DNA from: Polyangiaceae bacterium
Lineage (GTDB): Bacteria > Myxococcota_A > Polyangia > Polyangiales > Polyangiaceae
Reading direction: 5' to 3'
Assembly: GCA_033763455.1 (NCBI GenBank)
Contig: JANRKO010000006.1
Coordinates: 512,001-576,000 of the forward strand
DNA length: 64,000 nucleotides
The notes under the pieces were generated by a model. The model saw only the letters and a program-made list of their open reading frames with translations. It did not search any database and was not told the DNA's origin. The position numbers were made by a program, and so were the translations under genes. Shown here piece after piece: positions 48,671 through 59,562 of this stretch (positions are counted from its first letter, which is position 1; each line of letters begins with the position of its first letter).

Positions 48671-50803
48671 CTACGTGCGACCCAAGCTAAAAAGCAAGAC
48701 CGAGTGCGGGGGCACATTGATGCCTTGGGCGCGGTTGGCCTTCACTCCCACCTTCGTGTTCTTCGGCGGTGAAGCGGTGTTGATGAGTTCGTACCAGGTG
48801 CCGGTAGTCGGGATTTTCGGAAAATCGAAGTGTTGCACGCGGTTGCCGGCGTTGAACATGAGAAACAGCGTGCGGCCCTTGTTGGGGCGGCCACGTTCGT
48901 CGATCTCGTCGGAGGCGTCGCCCGGAATGAGTACGGAAATTGCGCGATTCTGCGGGTCGTGCCAATTTTCGATGGTCATCTCTTCGCCATCGGGGCGGCG
49001 CCAAGATACATCTTTGACGCCGTCGTCCCCAACTGGATTACCCGCAAAGTAGCGGCGGCGGCGAAACACGGGGTTCCCCACGCGGAGCTGGAATAGGAGC
49101 TTCGTAAAGTCCAACAAATCTTTCTCGGACTCCGAAAGATCCCAATGGATCCAGGAAAGCTCGTTGTCCTGGCAATAAGCGTTATTGTTGCCTCGTTGGG
49201 TGCGCCCGAGCTCATCGCCATGCGAAAGCATGGGCACCCCCTGAGAGAAGGCTAGGGTGGCTAGGAAGTTGCGCTGCATGCGCTCGCGCATGCGCAGTAT
49301 TTGGCGGTTTTTTGTCTCGCCTTCCACGCCCCAGTTGCGCGCGTAGTTGTCGTTGGCTCCGTCGCGATTGTCTTCGCCGTTGGCCTCGTTGTGTTTACTC
49401 TCGTAGCTTACAAGATCTTGGAGGGAAAAGCCGTCGTGGCAGGTTACGAAGTTGACGCTAGCGAATGGCCCGCGGTCACTCGGTTGGAAGATGTCGCTTG
49501 AGCCGGTAACCCGAGAAGCTAACTCCGGCACCATGCCTTCATCGCAGCGCCAGAACCTCCGCACGCAGTCGCGGTAGCGGCCATTCCACTCAACCCAGAG
49601 CGGAGGAAAGGCTCCGAGGCGGTAACCCCCGGGCCCGAGATCCCACGGTTCGGCGATGAGCTTCACGCGCGATAGAACCGGATCCTGCTGGATAGTGGAA
49701 AAGAAGCGCGCATAGGGGTCAAATTCTACTCCGCGATCCCGAGCGAGGGTCGGGGCGAGGTCGAAACGAAAACCGTCGACGTGCATTTCGTTAACCCAAT
49801 ATCGCAAGCTGTCCAAGATGAGCTGCAGCGTGCGCGGATGCGAGACGTTCAGACTATTGCCGCATCCGGTGAAGTCTTCATAGTAGCGAGGGTGCGCAGG
49901 AGCGTGCCGGTAATACGAGGGGCTATCCACTCCGCGCAGGCACAAGGTGGGGCCAAGCTCGCTCCCTTCACCGGTATGATTGTAGACTACGTCCAGAATG
50001 ACTTCGATGCCGACCCGGTGAAACGCCTTCACCATCGTCTTGAATTCGTCCACCTGCGCTCCCATAGCCCCGGTTGCGTAGCGGGGATCGGGCGCAAAAA
50101 AGCCGATGGTGTTGTAGCCCCAGTAGTTGGTGAAACCGAGATCTTGCAGGCGCTTATCGGAGGAGGGGTGCTGTACGGGCAAGAGCTCCACGGCTGTCAC
50201 CCCAAGCTCCAAGAGGTGATCCAAAATCGGATCCGAAGCAAGGCCCAAATACGTTCCGCGCAGGTGTTTGGGCACTCGTGGATGTAGCATGGTCATCCCC
50301 TTCACGTGGCACTCATAAATGATGCTGCGGCTCCACGGAGTTTGCGGGCGTTTATCGTCGCCCCAGGTAAACGCCGTATCTACCACTACGGACTTGGGAA
50401 TAGCCTTGGCACTGTCGGTTTCCGAGAAGCTTAAATCGAGGTCCGGGCTGTCGAGGTTGTAGCCGAAGACCTCGGGCGTCCACTCAAAGGTTCCGGCAAT
50501 GGCATAGGCGTAGGGGTCGACCACGAGCTTGTTGGGATTGAAGCGATGGCCCTGTTCCGGCGCGTAACGCCCGTGGACGCGATAGGCGTAAAGTTGCCCC
50601 GGGCGAACATCCGGCAGGTAAGCATGCCAAACGCTGTTGGAGCGCTCTGAAAGTGGGATCCTCACCGACTCGCGCGTAGCGTTCGGTGAATCGAACAAGC
50701 ACAGATCAACACCCGTGGCATTTTGAGAGAAGATGGCAAAGTTGACGCCCTCTCCGTCCCATGTTGCTCCCAGGGGGGCTCCTTCTCCAGGCCAAACGCG
50801 CAT
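48671..50803 (-). CDS. glgX: Glycogen debranching enzyme
   Basis: LGATWDG, NYWGY, DVVYNH, DGFRFDLA, AEPWD, HDGF, GNNNAYCQDN. Confidence 0.96.
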   Translation of the reverse strand: MRVWPGEGAPLGATWDGEGVNFAIFSQNATGVDLCLFDSPNATRESVRIPLSERSNSVWHAYLPDVRPGQLYAYRVHGRYAPEQGHRFNPNKLVVDPYAYAIAGTFEWTPEVFGYNLDSPDLDLSFSETDSAKAIPKSVVVDTAFTWGDDKRPQTPWSRSIIYECHVKGMTMLHPRVPKHLRGTYLGLASDPILDHLLELGVTAVELLPVQHPSSDKRLQDLGFTNYWGYNTIGFFAPDPRYATGAMGAQVDEFKTMVKAFHRVGIEVILDVVYNHTGEGSELGPTLCLRGVDSPSYYRHAPAHPRYYEDFTGCGNSLNVSHPRTLQLILDSLRYWVNEMHVDGFRFDLAPTLARDRGVEFDPYARFFSTIQQDPVLSRVKLIAEPWDLGPGGYRLGAFPPLWVEWNGRYRDCVRRFWRCDEGMVPELASRVTGSSDIFQPSDRGPFASVNFVTCHDGFSLQDLVSYESKHNEANGEDNRDGANDNYARNWGVEGETKNRQILRMRERMQRNFLATLAFSQGVPMLSHGDELGRTQRGNNNAYCQDNELSWIHWDLSESEKDLLDFTKLLFQLRVGNPVFRRRRYFAGNPVGDDGVKDVSWRRPDGEEMTIENWHDPQNRAISVLIPGDASDEIDERGRPNKGRTLFLMFNAGNRVQHFDFPKIPTTGTWYELINTASPPKNTKVGVKANRAQGINVPPHSVLLFSLGRT

Positions 50804-50863
50804 TATTCTGCCTTCTTACCCGATCCAGCGCGCGACTGCGAAGGGGGAAGGTTTTGCGCTTCG

Positions 50864-51709
50864 TTAACCGAGGACTTGGACCAATTTCTGGATCTCGGTG
50901 AGCGATCCTTTGGTGATCTCGTTCACGGCCTCGGCACTGAGGCCGAGGATGTCGTAGACTTCCGGGTCCACAGGGCGGTCGACTTCCGTGGCATCGGCTC
51001 CAAAACCCATGGGGTAGGTGACACTGCTGGCGACGTGGACTGCGGCGATCAAGCGGCGGTGGCTGTCGTCGGGCACATTGAGCGGCTGGTGGTGCCACAT
51101 CGCGATGAACTCCAGATCCGGGGGGAGTTGCCAGCGCCTCACAAGCTCTCCACCTACCTCGCAGTGGTCCGTGCCGATCGCACGCCGTTCGGCATCCAGA
51201 GGATCCGTGCCGTTTTCAGCCTTGAGTGAGGGCCACTTCTTCTTCTTTGACAAGAACGTCGCGATGGCGAGCTTCCCGCAGTCGTGCAAGAGCCCGGCCG
51301 TGAAGGCATTTTGGTGGGTGGTGAGGCGGAGCCCGTCTGAAAGCTTCGAAGCGATGACTGCGCTCGCAGCGTTGTGAGCCCAGAAGTCGCGGGCCTTGAT
51401 GCCATATCCAGGCAACCAGCGGGGGATCATGGAGCGGTACGACGCTGATGCCACTATTTCGTGGATCCGCTGCAGGCCAAGCAACGAGACGGCGTGCGCC
51501 ACGCTGCTGATCTTGGCGCGCACGCCGAAGGCTGCCGAGTTTACCACGCGAAGCACGTTGGAAGACAGGCCCGCATCGATCGCAATAACTTCCTCGAAGT
51601 CCGTGGCCATCGCGCGCGGGTCATTGAACAAAGCCATCAAGCGGCCCAGCACCTCCGGCAGCGTTGGCAGCGCGCCGACTTGGCTAGCTACCTCTTCCTT
51701 GGTGACCAT
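50864..51709 (-). CDS. HDOD domain protein
   Basis: LPTLP, VNSAAFG, AVSLLG, AGLLHDCGK, DH..VG..W.LP, HH; start uncertain (up to 51757). Confidence 0.88.
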   Translation of the reverse strand: MVTKEEVASQVGALPTLPEVLGRLMALFNDPRAMATDFEEVIAIDAGLSSNVLRVVNSAAFGVRAKISSVAHAVSLLGLQRIHEIVASASYRSMIPRWLPGYGIKARDFWAHNAASAVIASKLSDGLRLTTHQNAFTAGLLHDCGKLAIATFLSKKKKWPSLKAENGTDPLDAERRAIGTDHCEVGGELVRRWQLPPDLEFIAMWHHQPLNVPDDSHRRLIAAVHVASSVTYPMGFGADATEVDRPVDPEVYDILGLSAEAVNEITKGSLTEIQKLVQVLG

Positions 51710-51872
51710 GAAGGAGTCGACCGAGGGTCTGAAAGCGCCTGAACTTACGGGGCCCACGGGAATGGGAACGGATCCGCCAGGCGTTGGGTTAAGCCTTTTT
51801 GGGGATGAGGCTCGCGCGCCTGTTATGGGATGGGGTAGGAGACCACCTCACCTATGGATTATGGCTATCGCC

Positions 51873-53435
51873 ATGCGTTTTCGAAACCCGGTGATCAGTG
51901 GATTTTACCCCGACCCGAGCGTCTGCCGGGTCGGGGGCGACTTTTATTTGGTCACGAGCACCTTTGAGTACTTCCCCGGTGTCCCAATCTTCCACAGTCG
52001 AGATTTGGTGCATTGGCGGCAACTGGGTCACTGCCTGAGCCGAAAGAGTCAGCTTGAGCTGCGTGGGTGCCCCACCAGCAAGGGCATTTACGCGCCGACT
52101 CTCCGTTACCACGACGGCGTTTTTTACATGATTACCACCCATATGGGACGCGGTTACGGAGCCCACTTCTACGTCACGGCAGCCGATCCGAGTGGCCCAT
52201 GGTCCGAGCCGGTTTGGGTGGAGCAATACGGGATCGATCCGTCGCTCTTCTTTGACGACGATGGCCGCGTCTATTTCACAACCAATGGCAAAGCGGATGC
52301 TCCGAACGGTCTTGGGATTTACCAGAGTGAGATCGATGTAAAGAGTGGTCGTAAGCTAACTGCGATTCAGTTCTTATGGGCTGGCACGGGTGGGATGGCG
52401 CCAGAAGGCCCCCACCTCTACAAGGTGAATGGAAGCTACTACCTCCTGATCTCCGAAGGAGGCACCAGCTACGGGCATATGGTGACGGTCGCGCGGAGCC
52501 AAAGCCCGTGGGGGCCATTTGAGCCCGCGCCCAACAATCCTATCCTTTCGCACAGGAGCCTTGGGTCGCCCATTCACGCAACGGGGCATGCCGATTGGGT
52601 GGAGCTCGAAGATGGCAGCTTCTGGGCAGTGTTTTTGGGGATTCGCCCCGTATCGGTGGCGGGGGCGGGCGCGCACCATCTGGGCAGAGAGACATTCCTC
52701 GGGCCGGTAACTTGGGGTGCCGATGGTTGGCCGAGTGTCAATTCCGGGGAGCCCATTTCTTTTGAGATGGAGGGGCCCTCCTGCCTGCAAACGGAGCTTG
52801 AAGGGCCGAGCCCAAGTGTTCTCCGGGATCCTTTTGATACGTCAGAGCTCGCCTTAGTGTGGAACTTTGTGCGCGATCCCGAGGACACACGGTATAGCCT
52901 GGCAGAACGGCCGTCGCACTTGAGGCTCTGGGGCAACGCGGATTCGCTGAGTGAGCCTGCTCCTGCTTTCATTGGGCAACGCCAAAGACACTTGAACTCT
53001 CAGTTTTCGGCGAAGCTCGATTTTGAGCCCACGCAAGAAGCTGAAGAGGCGGGCATCACCGTGCGAATGAGTGAGGCGCACCACTATGAGGTGGCCGTGA
53101 TGCGGAGTGCTGGGGAAAAGCGCCTGGTGGTGCGCAAGGTGGTCGGATCACTGCGCGTTATCGCGGTGGACCTTGCCGTGCCGGCCGGCCCCCTTTTGCT
53201 AAAGCTTCGCTCCAACCCAACCCACTATTTTATCGAAGCTATGCCGGCCCAGAGTGGCTCAACGGACACGCCGTTGTTTAGCGTTGCCGCAGAGACGCGG
53301 TTCCTTTCAAGCGAGATAGCTGGCACCTTTACCGGAGTGTACCTGGGGTTGTACGCGACCGGTAATGGACGCCCGGCAAAGAGCCCGGCGGATTTCGATT
53401 GGGCCGAATACGTTGGAGATTCAGCCGCCACCTAA
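51873..53435 (+). CDS. GH43 beta-xylosidase/arabinofuranosidase
   Basis: NPVISGFYPDPS, IDPSLF, EGPH, LGRETFL, FTG..LGLY. Confidence 0.93.
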   Translation: MRFRNPVISGFYPDPSVCRVGGDFYLVTSTFEYFPGVPIFHSRDLVHWRQLGHCLSRKSQLELRGCPTSKGIYAPTLRYHDGVFYMITTHMGRGYGAHFYVTAADPSGPWSEPVWVEQYGIDPSLFFDDDGRVYFTTNGKADAPNGLGIYQSEIDVKSGRKLTAIQFLWAGTGGMAPEGPHLYKVNGSYYLLISEGGTSYGHMVTVARSQSPWGPFEPAPNNPILSHRSLGSPIHATGHADWVELEDGSFWAVFLGIRPVSVAGAGAHHLGRETFLGPVTWGADGWPSVNSGEPISFEMEGPSCLQTELEGPSPSVLRDPFDTSELALVWNFVRDPEDTRYSLAERPSHLRLWGNADSLSEPAPAFIGQRQRHLNSQFSAKLDFEPTQEAEEAGITVRMSEAHHYEVAVMRSAGEKRLVVRKVVGSLRVIAVDLAVPAGPLLLKLRSNPTHYFIEAMPAQSGSTDTPLFSVAAETRFLSSEIAGTFTGVYLGLYATGNGRPAKSPADFDWAEYVGDSAAT

Positions 53436-54209
53436 TGCCCAGGTGCGCCCGGCATGGCGATGCAAGCTGAAGTGTCCGTCGTAAAGCTCGCTTAGGGTTG
53501 CCTCGTTGAGCACTTCTTCGGTGCGGCCTTGCATGAGGCTGCGGCCCGCTTTGAGCGTGAGGGTACGCGTGAAGCTTGGCGTGATCTCCTCAGAATGATG
53601 GGTGGTGATGATGAGCGTGGGGCTCTGATTTTTAGCAAGCTTTTCAGTGGCCAGAAGGAGCCGCTCGCGCGCTCCCGGATCTAGGCCCGCGCAGGGCTCG
53701 TCCAAAATCAGTAAATCGGGCTCAGCCATGAGTGCCCGTGCGATGAGAACTCGCTGCTGCTCACCGTGAGAGAGAGTCCCGAAGGTGCGCGTGCTCAAGT
53801 GGCTCACGTTGAGCCTTTCGAGCGATTCCTGTGCCCTTAGCCGTTGAGCGTCGCTCGGAGGATCCCAAGCAAATACGATCAAGCGCGTTTGGGCGAACGC
53901 CCCCGCCAGCACTGTGTTGAAGGCCGTTTGGTGCTCGGGGATGCGAGCGGCAGAGTTCGTAGTGAGCCAACCGATGCTGCGCCGCAGACGCCGTAGATCA
54001 AAGTGGCTGGACCCGTGACGCCAGATTTCACCGCCGTCGTTGGGCCAAAGCTCGCCGCATAACATGCGCAGCAATGTGGTTTTCCCCGCACCATTAGGCC
54101 CGAGGACCGCCCAGTGTTGACCGTATTCAATGCGCCAATCGATGGCGTCGAGAATGCGACCTTCATCGAGACGGTAGCTGACATTTTTGAGCTCGACCAA
54201 AGGCACCAT
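53421..54209 (-). CDS. ABC ATP-binding protein (ModF/YlmA-like)
   Basis: HWAVLGPNGAGKT, LSHGE, LDEPCAGLD, THH. Confidence 0.88.
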   Translation of the reverse strand: MVPLVELKNVSYRLDEGRILDAIDWRIEYGQHWAVLGPNGAGKTTLLRMLCGELWPNDGGEIWRHGSSHFDLRRLRRSIGWLTTNSAARIPEHQTAFNTVLAGAFAQTRLIVFAWDPPSDAQRLRAQESLERLNVSHLSTRTFGTLSHGEQQRVLIARALMAEPDLLILDEPCAGLDPGARERLLLATEKLAKNQSPTLIITTHHSEEITPSFTRTLTLKAGRSLMQGRTEEVLNEATLSELYDGHFSLHRHAGRTWALGGG

Positions 54210-54340
54210 TGAAGTTCGTTTGCCACGATTGGAGCGCCAATACCAAGGGGTTTGTCGCGTTTGCCAAGCCATCAGAAAGTTTGCCGCCGCTCCTTTAACA
54301 AAGTTCGCAACTGGTGAGCGCCGATGCCGAGAGGCGCGGC

Positions 54341-55549
54341 ATGCTGTTTCCACACGTTCGGGGGATGAGTCCGGTTGGATGTACTGTATTGTTGCTTGCC
54401 TGTTCGGGGCCGTTACCACCCGGCGGAAGTTCGGGCCCAGGGGCCGCGCGAGGGCCTGCGGCCGGGGCCGAAAATGGCGCGGTATTCATAGGGGGCTTGG
54501 GCTCGGGTGGGGTCTATTCGCTGGCACAAAGCGGCGCGGTACCTGCCGCTCCCGGTTCAGCTCCAAAGCCAATAACCGGTAACGGCGAACTCTCAAGCAG
54601 TGGGGGTCAGGCTACTTCCCGGGCGTCGGGTGGAGTTGGCGGTGTTTACGCGGGGAGCGGAGGTGACGGTGGTAAGGCGCGAGCCACCGCTGGTGGAGGG
54701 GGCGTGAGTGGGGAAGGTGGCGCCGGGGCGGGAGGGCCTGGAACCTGTAGCGATGGCTTGCGGCTGAATATGCCTGGAGGCGAAACGGATGTGGACTGTG
54801 GTGGCGCAACGTGCGGCGCCTGCCCTGGGCCGCTCTTGCTGAGCAAAGTGGCGGTGAGCCCCACTTTGGGTGAATACATCGAGATATTGAACCCAAGTGA
54901 CCTAGCCGTGAGCCTAGAGCACGTGTACCTGGCCGATTACCCGGCGTATTACCAGATAGCCGCGGGTGTTGCGGCGCCACATTCGAGCGATTTTCGGGCC
55001 GCTTTCCCGGTCGGGGCGCAGATAGCCGCGAAGGGCCGAGTGGTCGTGGCCCTAAAATCTGCCACCGAGTTTTTCCAGGCGTATGGGACCTACCCCGACT
55101 ATGACTTCTCCATCGCCGATAATCTGGCACCCACCATGCTAGGTGCTTTCAGTTCCGTCTCTGGGCTCTCGGACGGCGACGAAATGGTGGTGCTATTTCG
55201 CTACGTGCCGCATTCGGATCGCGTCTTAGATCTGGACTACGTCGTTTACGGCAACACTTCTGATGGCGTGGATAAGACCAGCTCAGCGCTCGTGCCGACT
55301 CCGTACGCACCCGACACACCCATCTCAGCCCAGCGGGCGGCACCGGCACCCAAAAACGGTCAAACACTGGTGCGGTGCGGCGACGATGAGGCGGGAGAAA
55401 CCCAATCAGGCGGTAACGGCTACTTGGGTCACGACGAAACCAGCGAACCACTCGACCAAACCTGGCGAGCGTTGCCGGGTGTAATACCTCAAGTGCCGCC
55501 CATCGGTTGCCCGGAGCCTCTAGGAGGCGGCGGCGCCAGCGCACTCTAA
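54341..55549 (+). CDS. Lipoprotein with Gly-rich linker and lamin-tail-like domain
   Basis: LLA|C lipobox, ETDVDCGG, EYIEILNP..VSL..VYL.D; start uncertain. Confidence 0.7.
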   Translation: MLFPHVRGMSPVGCTVLLLACSGPLPPGGSSGPGAARGPAAGAENGAVFIGGLGSGGVYSLAQSGAVPAAPGSAPKPITGNGELSSSGGQATSRASGGVGGVYAGSGGDGGKARATAGGGGVSGEGGAGAGGPGTCSDGLRLNMPGGETDVDCGGATCGACPGPLLLSKVAVSPTLGEYIEILNPSDLAVSLEHVYLADYPAYYQIAAGVAAPHSSDFRAAFPVGAQIAAKGRVVVALKSATEFFQAYGTYPDYDFSIADNLAPTMLGAFSSVSGLSDGDEMVVLFRYVPHSDRVLDLDYVVYGNTSDGVDKTSSALVPTPYAPDTPISAQRAAPAPKNGQTLVRCGDDEAGETQSGGNGYLGHDETSEPLDQTWRALPGVIPQVPPIGCPEPLGGGGASAL

Positions 55550-55658
55550 GCGCGCTTCACACTTCTTCATACTTATTCGTGAGCCCGACACGGAGCACTC
55601 AAAATTCGCCTCGAGGTGCCCTGGCAGAGCGCTCGATAGTGTGTACGCTGAACGGCGA

Positions 55659-56339
55659 ATGACGCTTCGAGTACTCTGCATTGACGACGACGTGCGCTTG
55701 TTCGAGGTTTTGGCCGAGTACTTCGCGCAGAACGACGTGATTGCCGTGCACGCAGCCAATGGCCAATTGGGGTTGGATCTGTTGCGGGGCGATGCGTTCG
55801 ACGCCGTGCTCTTGGATGTGATGATGCCGGGGCTCGATGGCTTGTCTGTGCTCCGCAAAGTGCGTGAGCAGAACGCGATCCCGGTGCTCATGCTCACCGC
55901 GAAAGGGGATGAAACGGATCGTGTGGTGGGGCTTGAGCTCGGCGCCGACGATTACTTGGCAAAGCCCTTTAGCCCGCGAGAGCTTTTGGCGCGATTGCGC
56001 GCGGTCTTGCGGCGAGGCAACCACGACTTGGGTTCCGATCGTTTGGTGATACGCGGGGTTGAGCTGGACCTCGGAGCACGCCAGGTGCGGTTTCGCGGTG
56101 AGCACGTCGATCTAACGGCTCTGGAATTTGATCTTCTAGCGGCGCTCATGCAGCGAGCTGGGCGGGTGGTGCCGCGCACTACGCTTCTGGAGCTTGCTGG
56201 GCGCCATGATGTTACGGTGGGGGAGCGCACGGTGGATGTGCATGTGTCGCGGCTGCGCAAGAAGCTCTTCGACGAAGAAAACCTCTTGATCAAGACGGTG
56301 CGCGGTGTTGGCTACACATTGGCGCGAGAGGGAGGTTGA
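55659..56339 (+). CDS. OmpR-family response regulator
   Basis: IDDD, LLDVMMP, GADDYLAKPF, RTVDVHVSRLR, TVRGVGY. Confidence 0.95.
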   Translation: MTLRVLCIDDDVRLFEVLAEYFAQNDVIAVHAANGQLGLDLLRGDAFDAVLLDVMMPGLDGLSVLRKVREQNAIPVLMLTAKGDETDRVVGLELGADDYLAKPFSPRELLARLRAVLRRGNHDLGSDRLVIRGVELDLGARQVRFRGEHVDLTALEFDLLAALMQRAGRVVPRTTLLELAGRHDVTVGERTVDVHVSRLRKKLFDEENLLIKTVRGVGYTLAREGG

Positions 56340-56342
56340 GCC

Positions 56343-57626
56343 GTGTTAAAGAAGTTCATCGGAGCGCGACTGCATCGGCAGCTGTTTGTCTGGTTTGGTG
56401 CCACGATCGCGGCAACGGCTGTGGTAATTGGAGCGGTTTCTTGGATGACGCGCCCCCCGGACGAGCCGTTTCGCGGAGGAGTGCACCACGTGGGTCAATT
56501 CGTCGGCACTTGGTTTGCGAGGGTTTGGCAGGATGCTCCCGAGCGAGCGCGCCTAACGCGAGACTTGGCCGCGGCGCTCTCGATGAACCTCACATTGGAA
56601 GATGCGCGGGGGCACGTTGTAGAGCGCGCAGGGCGCGGTTGCTATTTCCATTCGATGCGCGTGGAGGTTCGTCAGGGTGGGCAGCTTCTGGGCCGGGTGG
56701 TGGCATGCCCGAGAGTGCCCACGCACGGGGCCCTGGCTTTCATTCTTGCGCTTTTCTGCGCCACGGCAACCGTGTGGGGAGCCTCGCTGCTCCTCACGCG
56801 CAAGCTGACGCGCCCCTTGAGCGAGATTATCAGCGTGACGCGTGAGCTCGGCGAGGGCAAGTTATCGGCTCGCGTGCGCCTTCGCAGGACCCATGGGGGT
56901 GAGCTCGGCAGGTTGAGTAGTTCGGTGAACGAAATGGCCGCGCGTATCGAACGTCAAATGGCGGATCAGAAGGAGCTCTTGGCCGCGGTCTCGCATGAAA
57001 TGCGCAGCCCCTTGAGCCGGCTGCGGGTGCTCGCCGAGCTTTTGAGCCAAGGCACGCCGGCCGCCAATGCCGTGAACGCCCAGAAGATGGAATCCGAAAT
57101 AGCTGAGATGGATGACCTCGTCGGCAAGCTTCTCGCGAGCTCGCGGCTTGAGTTCGGAGCACTGGAGAGAACAGAACTTGGTGCGAGCGCTGTGGCGCTC
57201 CGAGCGTTGGAGCGCTGCTCGCTCGATGCATCGCTCCTCGTCGACAAAAGTGGCCAGGCGAAGTTCTTCGCTGATGCTACCTTGGTGCAGCGGGCTCTCG
57301 CCAACCTCTTGGAAAACGCTCGAATTCACGCCGGCGGTGTGGAGTGCCTGGAGGTTCGGCGCGAAGGGGAGATCATCTGCTTCGAGGTACAGGATGTCGG
57401 GCCTGGGTTTTCTGAGGCCGCTCTGGAGCGCGGGTTCTCAGCTTTCTTTCGGGGAAGTGAGGCTCAAAGTGGCGGCAATTCGCTCGGCCTAGGCTTATCG
57501 CTTGTAGCTCGAATTGCCGAAGCCCATGGTGGAAGTGTGTGGGCGGTCAATAGAGAGCCGCGCGGAGCCAAGGTTGGTTTTTCTGTAAAAATGGCCGGTC
57601 CCAGAGAGAACCAACCCAGCGGTTAG
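56343..57626 (+). CDS. HAMP-domain sensor histidine kinase
   Basis: Two TM segments, HAMP, SHEMRSPL, NLLENA, DVGPG, GLGLS. Confidence 0.95.
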   Translation: MLKKFIGARLHRQLFVWFGATIAATAVVIGAVSWMTRPPDEPFRGGVHHVGQFVGTWFARVWQDAPERARLTRDLAAALSMNLTLEDARGHVVERAGRGCYFHSMRVEVRQGGQLLGRVVACPRVPTHGALAFILALFCATATVWGASLLLTRKLTRPLSEIISVTRELGEGKLSARVRLRRTHGGELGRLSSSVNEMAARIERQMADQKELLAAVSHEMRSPLSRLRVLAELLSQGTPAANAVNAQKMESEIAEMDDLVGKLLASSRLEFGALERTELGASAVALRALERCSLDASLLVDKSGQAKFFADATLVQRALANLLENARIHAGGVECLEVRREGEIICFEVQDVGPGFSEAALERGFSAFFRGSEAQSGGNSLGLGLSLVARIAEAHGGSVWAVNREPRGAKVGFSVKMAGPRENQPSG

Positions 57627-57666
57627 CATCGACAAACAGGCCCAGCGTCACTACCTTGCCTGAGCA

Positions 57667-59562
57667 ATGAGTCCTAACGTCCGCCCCCCTCCGGGAAAAC
57701 CTTCGAGCCCTCCCGGCAAACGTCCTGCTGAAGCCCCTCCGGGCTGGAAAGCGTGGTTGGCACTCGGCGTGGTGATCCTAGTCTTCTACACGTGGCAACA
57801 GTTTGGCCAGAGCGAGGCCAAGTACACTCCGATCGAGTACTCCACGTTCTATCGAGTTGTCGGGGAAGAGAAGGTCGAAAAGGTAACGCTTCGCGGCTCA
57901 AGCGTTGTGGGTACGCTGAAGGTGCCAGCGGCACTGGAAGGGCACCCTGTGTCCAAGGCGTTCCGCACCGTTCTGCCCCCCATTCCGGACGACAGCTTAC
58001 TTCCGCTACTGCGCGAAAAGCGCGTGCGTATGGACGTTCAAAGCGAAGAGCAGCCGCTTGCTTTGCAGCTTCTGAGTTCGCTGTTCCCGTTTCTGTTGAT
58101 CATTGGCATGTGGGTTTGGCTCTCGCGCAGCGCACAGCGCATGTTCACCGGTGGTGGCCCGCTCGGAAGCATGATGAAAGGGCGCACGCGTCGCTTCGAA
58201 CGAGAAACGGAAGTGCCTGTTAAGTTTGAAGATGTCGCGGGGCACAAGGCGGCTAAGCAAGATTTGCAGGAGCTGGTTGAGTTCCTGAAGTACCCCGAGC
58301 GTTTCCGTAAGATGGGCGGTAAGGTGCCGCACGGCGTGCTCTTGGTGGGGCCCCCGGGGACTGGCAAGACGCTTCTGGCGCGTGCGGTGGCGGGCGAAAG
58401 TGGAGTGCCCTTTTTCTCGATCAATGGGTCGGAGTTCATTGAGATGTTTGTCGGCGTCGGAGCGTCTCGGGTTCGCGAGTTATTTGAGGAGGCCAAGAAG
58501 GTGTCCCCCGCCATCGTGTTCATCGACGAGATCGATGCCGTGGGCCGTTCGCGCGGAGCAGGGCTGGGGGGCGGCCACGACGAACGTGAGCAGACGCTGA
58601 ACCAATTACTGAGCGAGATGGACGGCTTTTCCAGGAATGATCTCACCGTGGTGCTCGCAGCTACCAATCGCCCGGACGTGTTGGATTCTGCGCTCTTGCG
58701 CCCCGGTCGATTTGATCGCCGCGTGCTCATCGATCGCCCAGAGCTTGCCGCGAGGCGGGCTATTTTGGACGTGCATGTGCGCGGAAAACCGCTCGGGCCC
58801 GACGTCGATCTGGATGGTGTGGCAGCGAATACGCCTGGTTTTTCTGGCGCGGATTTGGCCAACTTAGTGAATGAAGCCGCACTCGGAGCAACCCGGCGGG
58901 GGACGGAAGCCATCGAGGCTCAGGATTTTACCACCGCATTCGACAAGATTGTGCTCGGAGATCTTAGGGAGACGAAGCTCGATCCACTTGAGAAGCATCG
59001 CGTCGCCGTGCACGAGGCGGGGCACGCCGTCATGGCGCATTTCTCCAAAGAGGCGGAGCCGCTACACCGTGTCACCATCATCCCACGGGGGATGGCGCTG
59101 GGCGTTACCCAACAGACGCCAGCTGCCGATCGGCACATTATGACCCGGCCCGAGCTCTTCTCGCGGCTGGGGGTGCTCATGGGTGGATATGCGGCGGAGC
59201 AAGTGGTGATGGGGGAAGTCTCATCGGGCGCCGAGAATGACTTGAAGCGCGCCACCGAGTTAGCTTTCAAGATGGTGGCTCACTACGGCATGAGCGAACG
59301 CGTTGGGCCGGTGTTTCACGAACACCGCACCGAGCACCCGTTTCTCGGGCAAACCTTGGCAACTGAAGGCGGTACCAGCGATGCCACTGTGTTCGTGATC
59401 GAGGAGGAAACGCGCCGCATCTTGACGGAAGCGGCTGAATCCGCTCGCCAGCAGATCCGAACGCGCCGCCCTCTCCTTGACGCGCTGGTGACACGCCTAT
59501 TGGAGAAGGAGACGGTTGAAAAGGATGAGCTCATTGAGATCTTGGGGCCTGCGACAACGTGA
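57667..59562 (+). CDS. ftsH: ATP-dependent zinc metalloprotease FtsH
   Basis: [35 protein letters not shown]. Confidence 0.95.
   Translation: MSPNVRPPPGKPSSPPGKRPAEAPPGWKAWLALGVVILVFYTWQQFGQSEAKYTPIEYSTFYRVVGEEKVEKVTLRGSSVVGTLKVPAALEGHPVSKAFRTVLPPIPDDSLLPLLREKRVRMDVQSEEQPLALQLLSSLFPFLLIIGMWVWLSRSAQRMFTGGGPLGSMMKGRTRRFERETEVPVKFEDVAGHKAAKQDLQELVEFLKYPERFRKMGGKVPHGVLLVGPPGTGKTLLARAVAGESGVPFFSINGSEFIEMFVGVGASRVRELFEEAKKVSPAIVFIDEIDAVGRSRGAGLGGGHDEREQTLNQLLSEMDGFSRNDLTVVLAATNRPDVLDSALLRPGRFDRRVLIDRPELAARRAILDVHVRGKPLGPDVDLDGVAANTPGFSGADLANLVNEAALGATRRGTEAIEAQDFTTAFDKIVLGDLRETKLDPLEKHRVAVHEAGHAVMAHFSKEAEPLHRVTIIPRGMALGVTQQTPAADRHIMTRPELFSRLGVLMGGYAAEQVVMGEVSSGAENDLKRATELAFKMVAHYGMSERVGPVFHEHRTEHPFLGQTLATEGGTSDATVFVIEEETRRILTEAAESARQQIRTRRPLLDALVTRLLEKETVEKDELIEILGPATT

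Noticed and set aside
51396..51872. N-terminal extension of the GH43 ORF
   Set aside because: It is antisense to the HDOD gene; the GH43 domain starts at MRFRNPV (51873)
55520..56105. Minus-strand ORFs over the response regulator
   Set aside because: Shadow frames of a well-supported OmpR-family gene
58038..58913. 291-aa minus-strand ORF
   Set aside because: Antisense shadow of ftsH, typical of GC-rich codon bias
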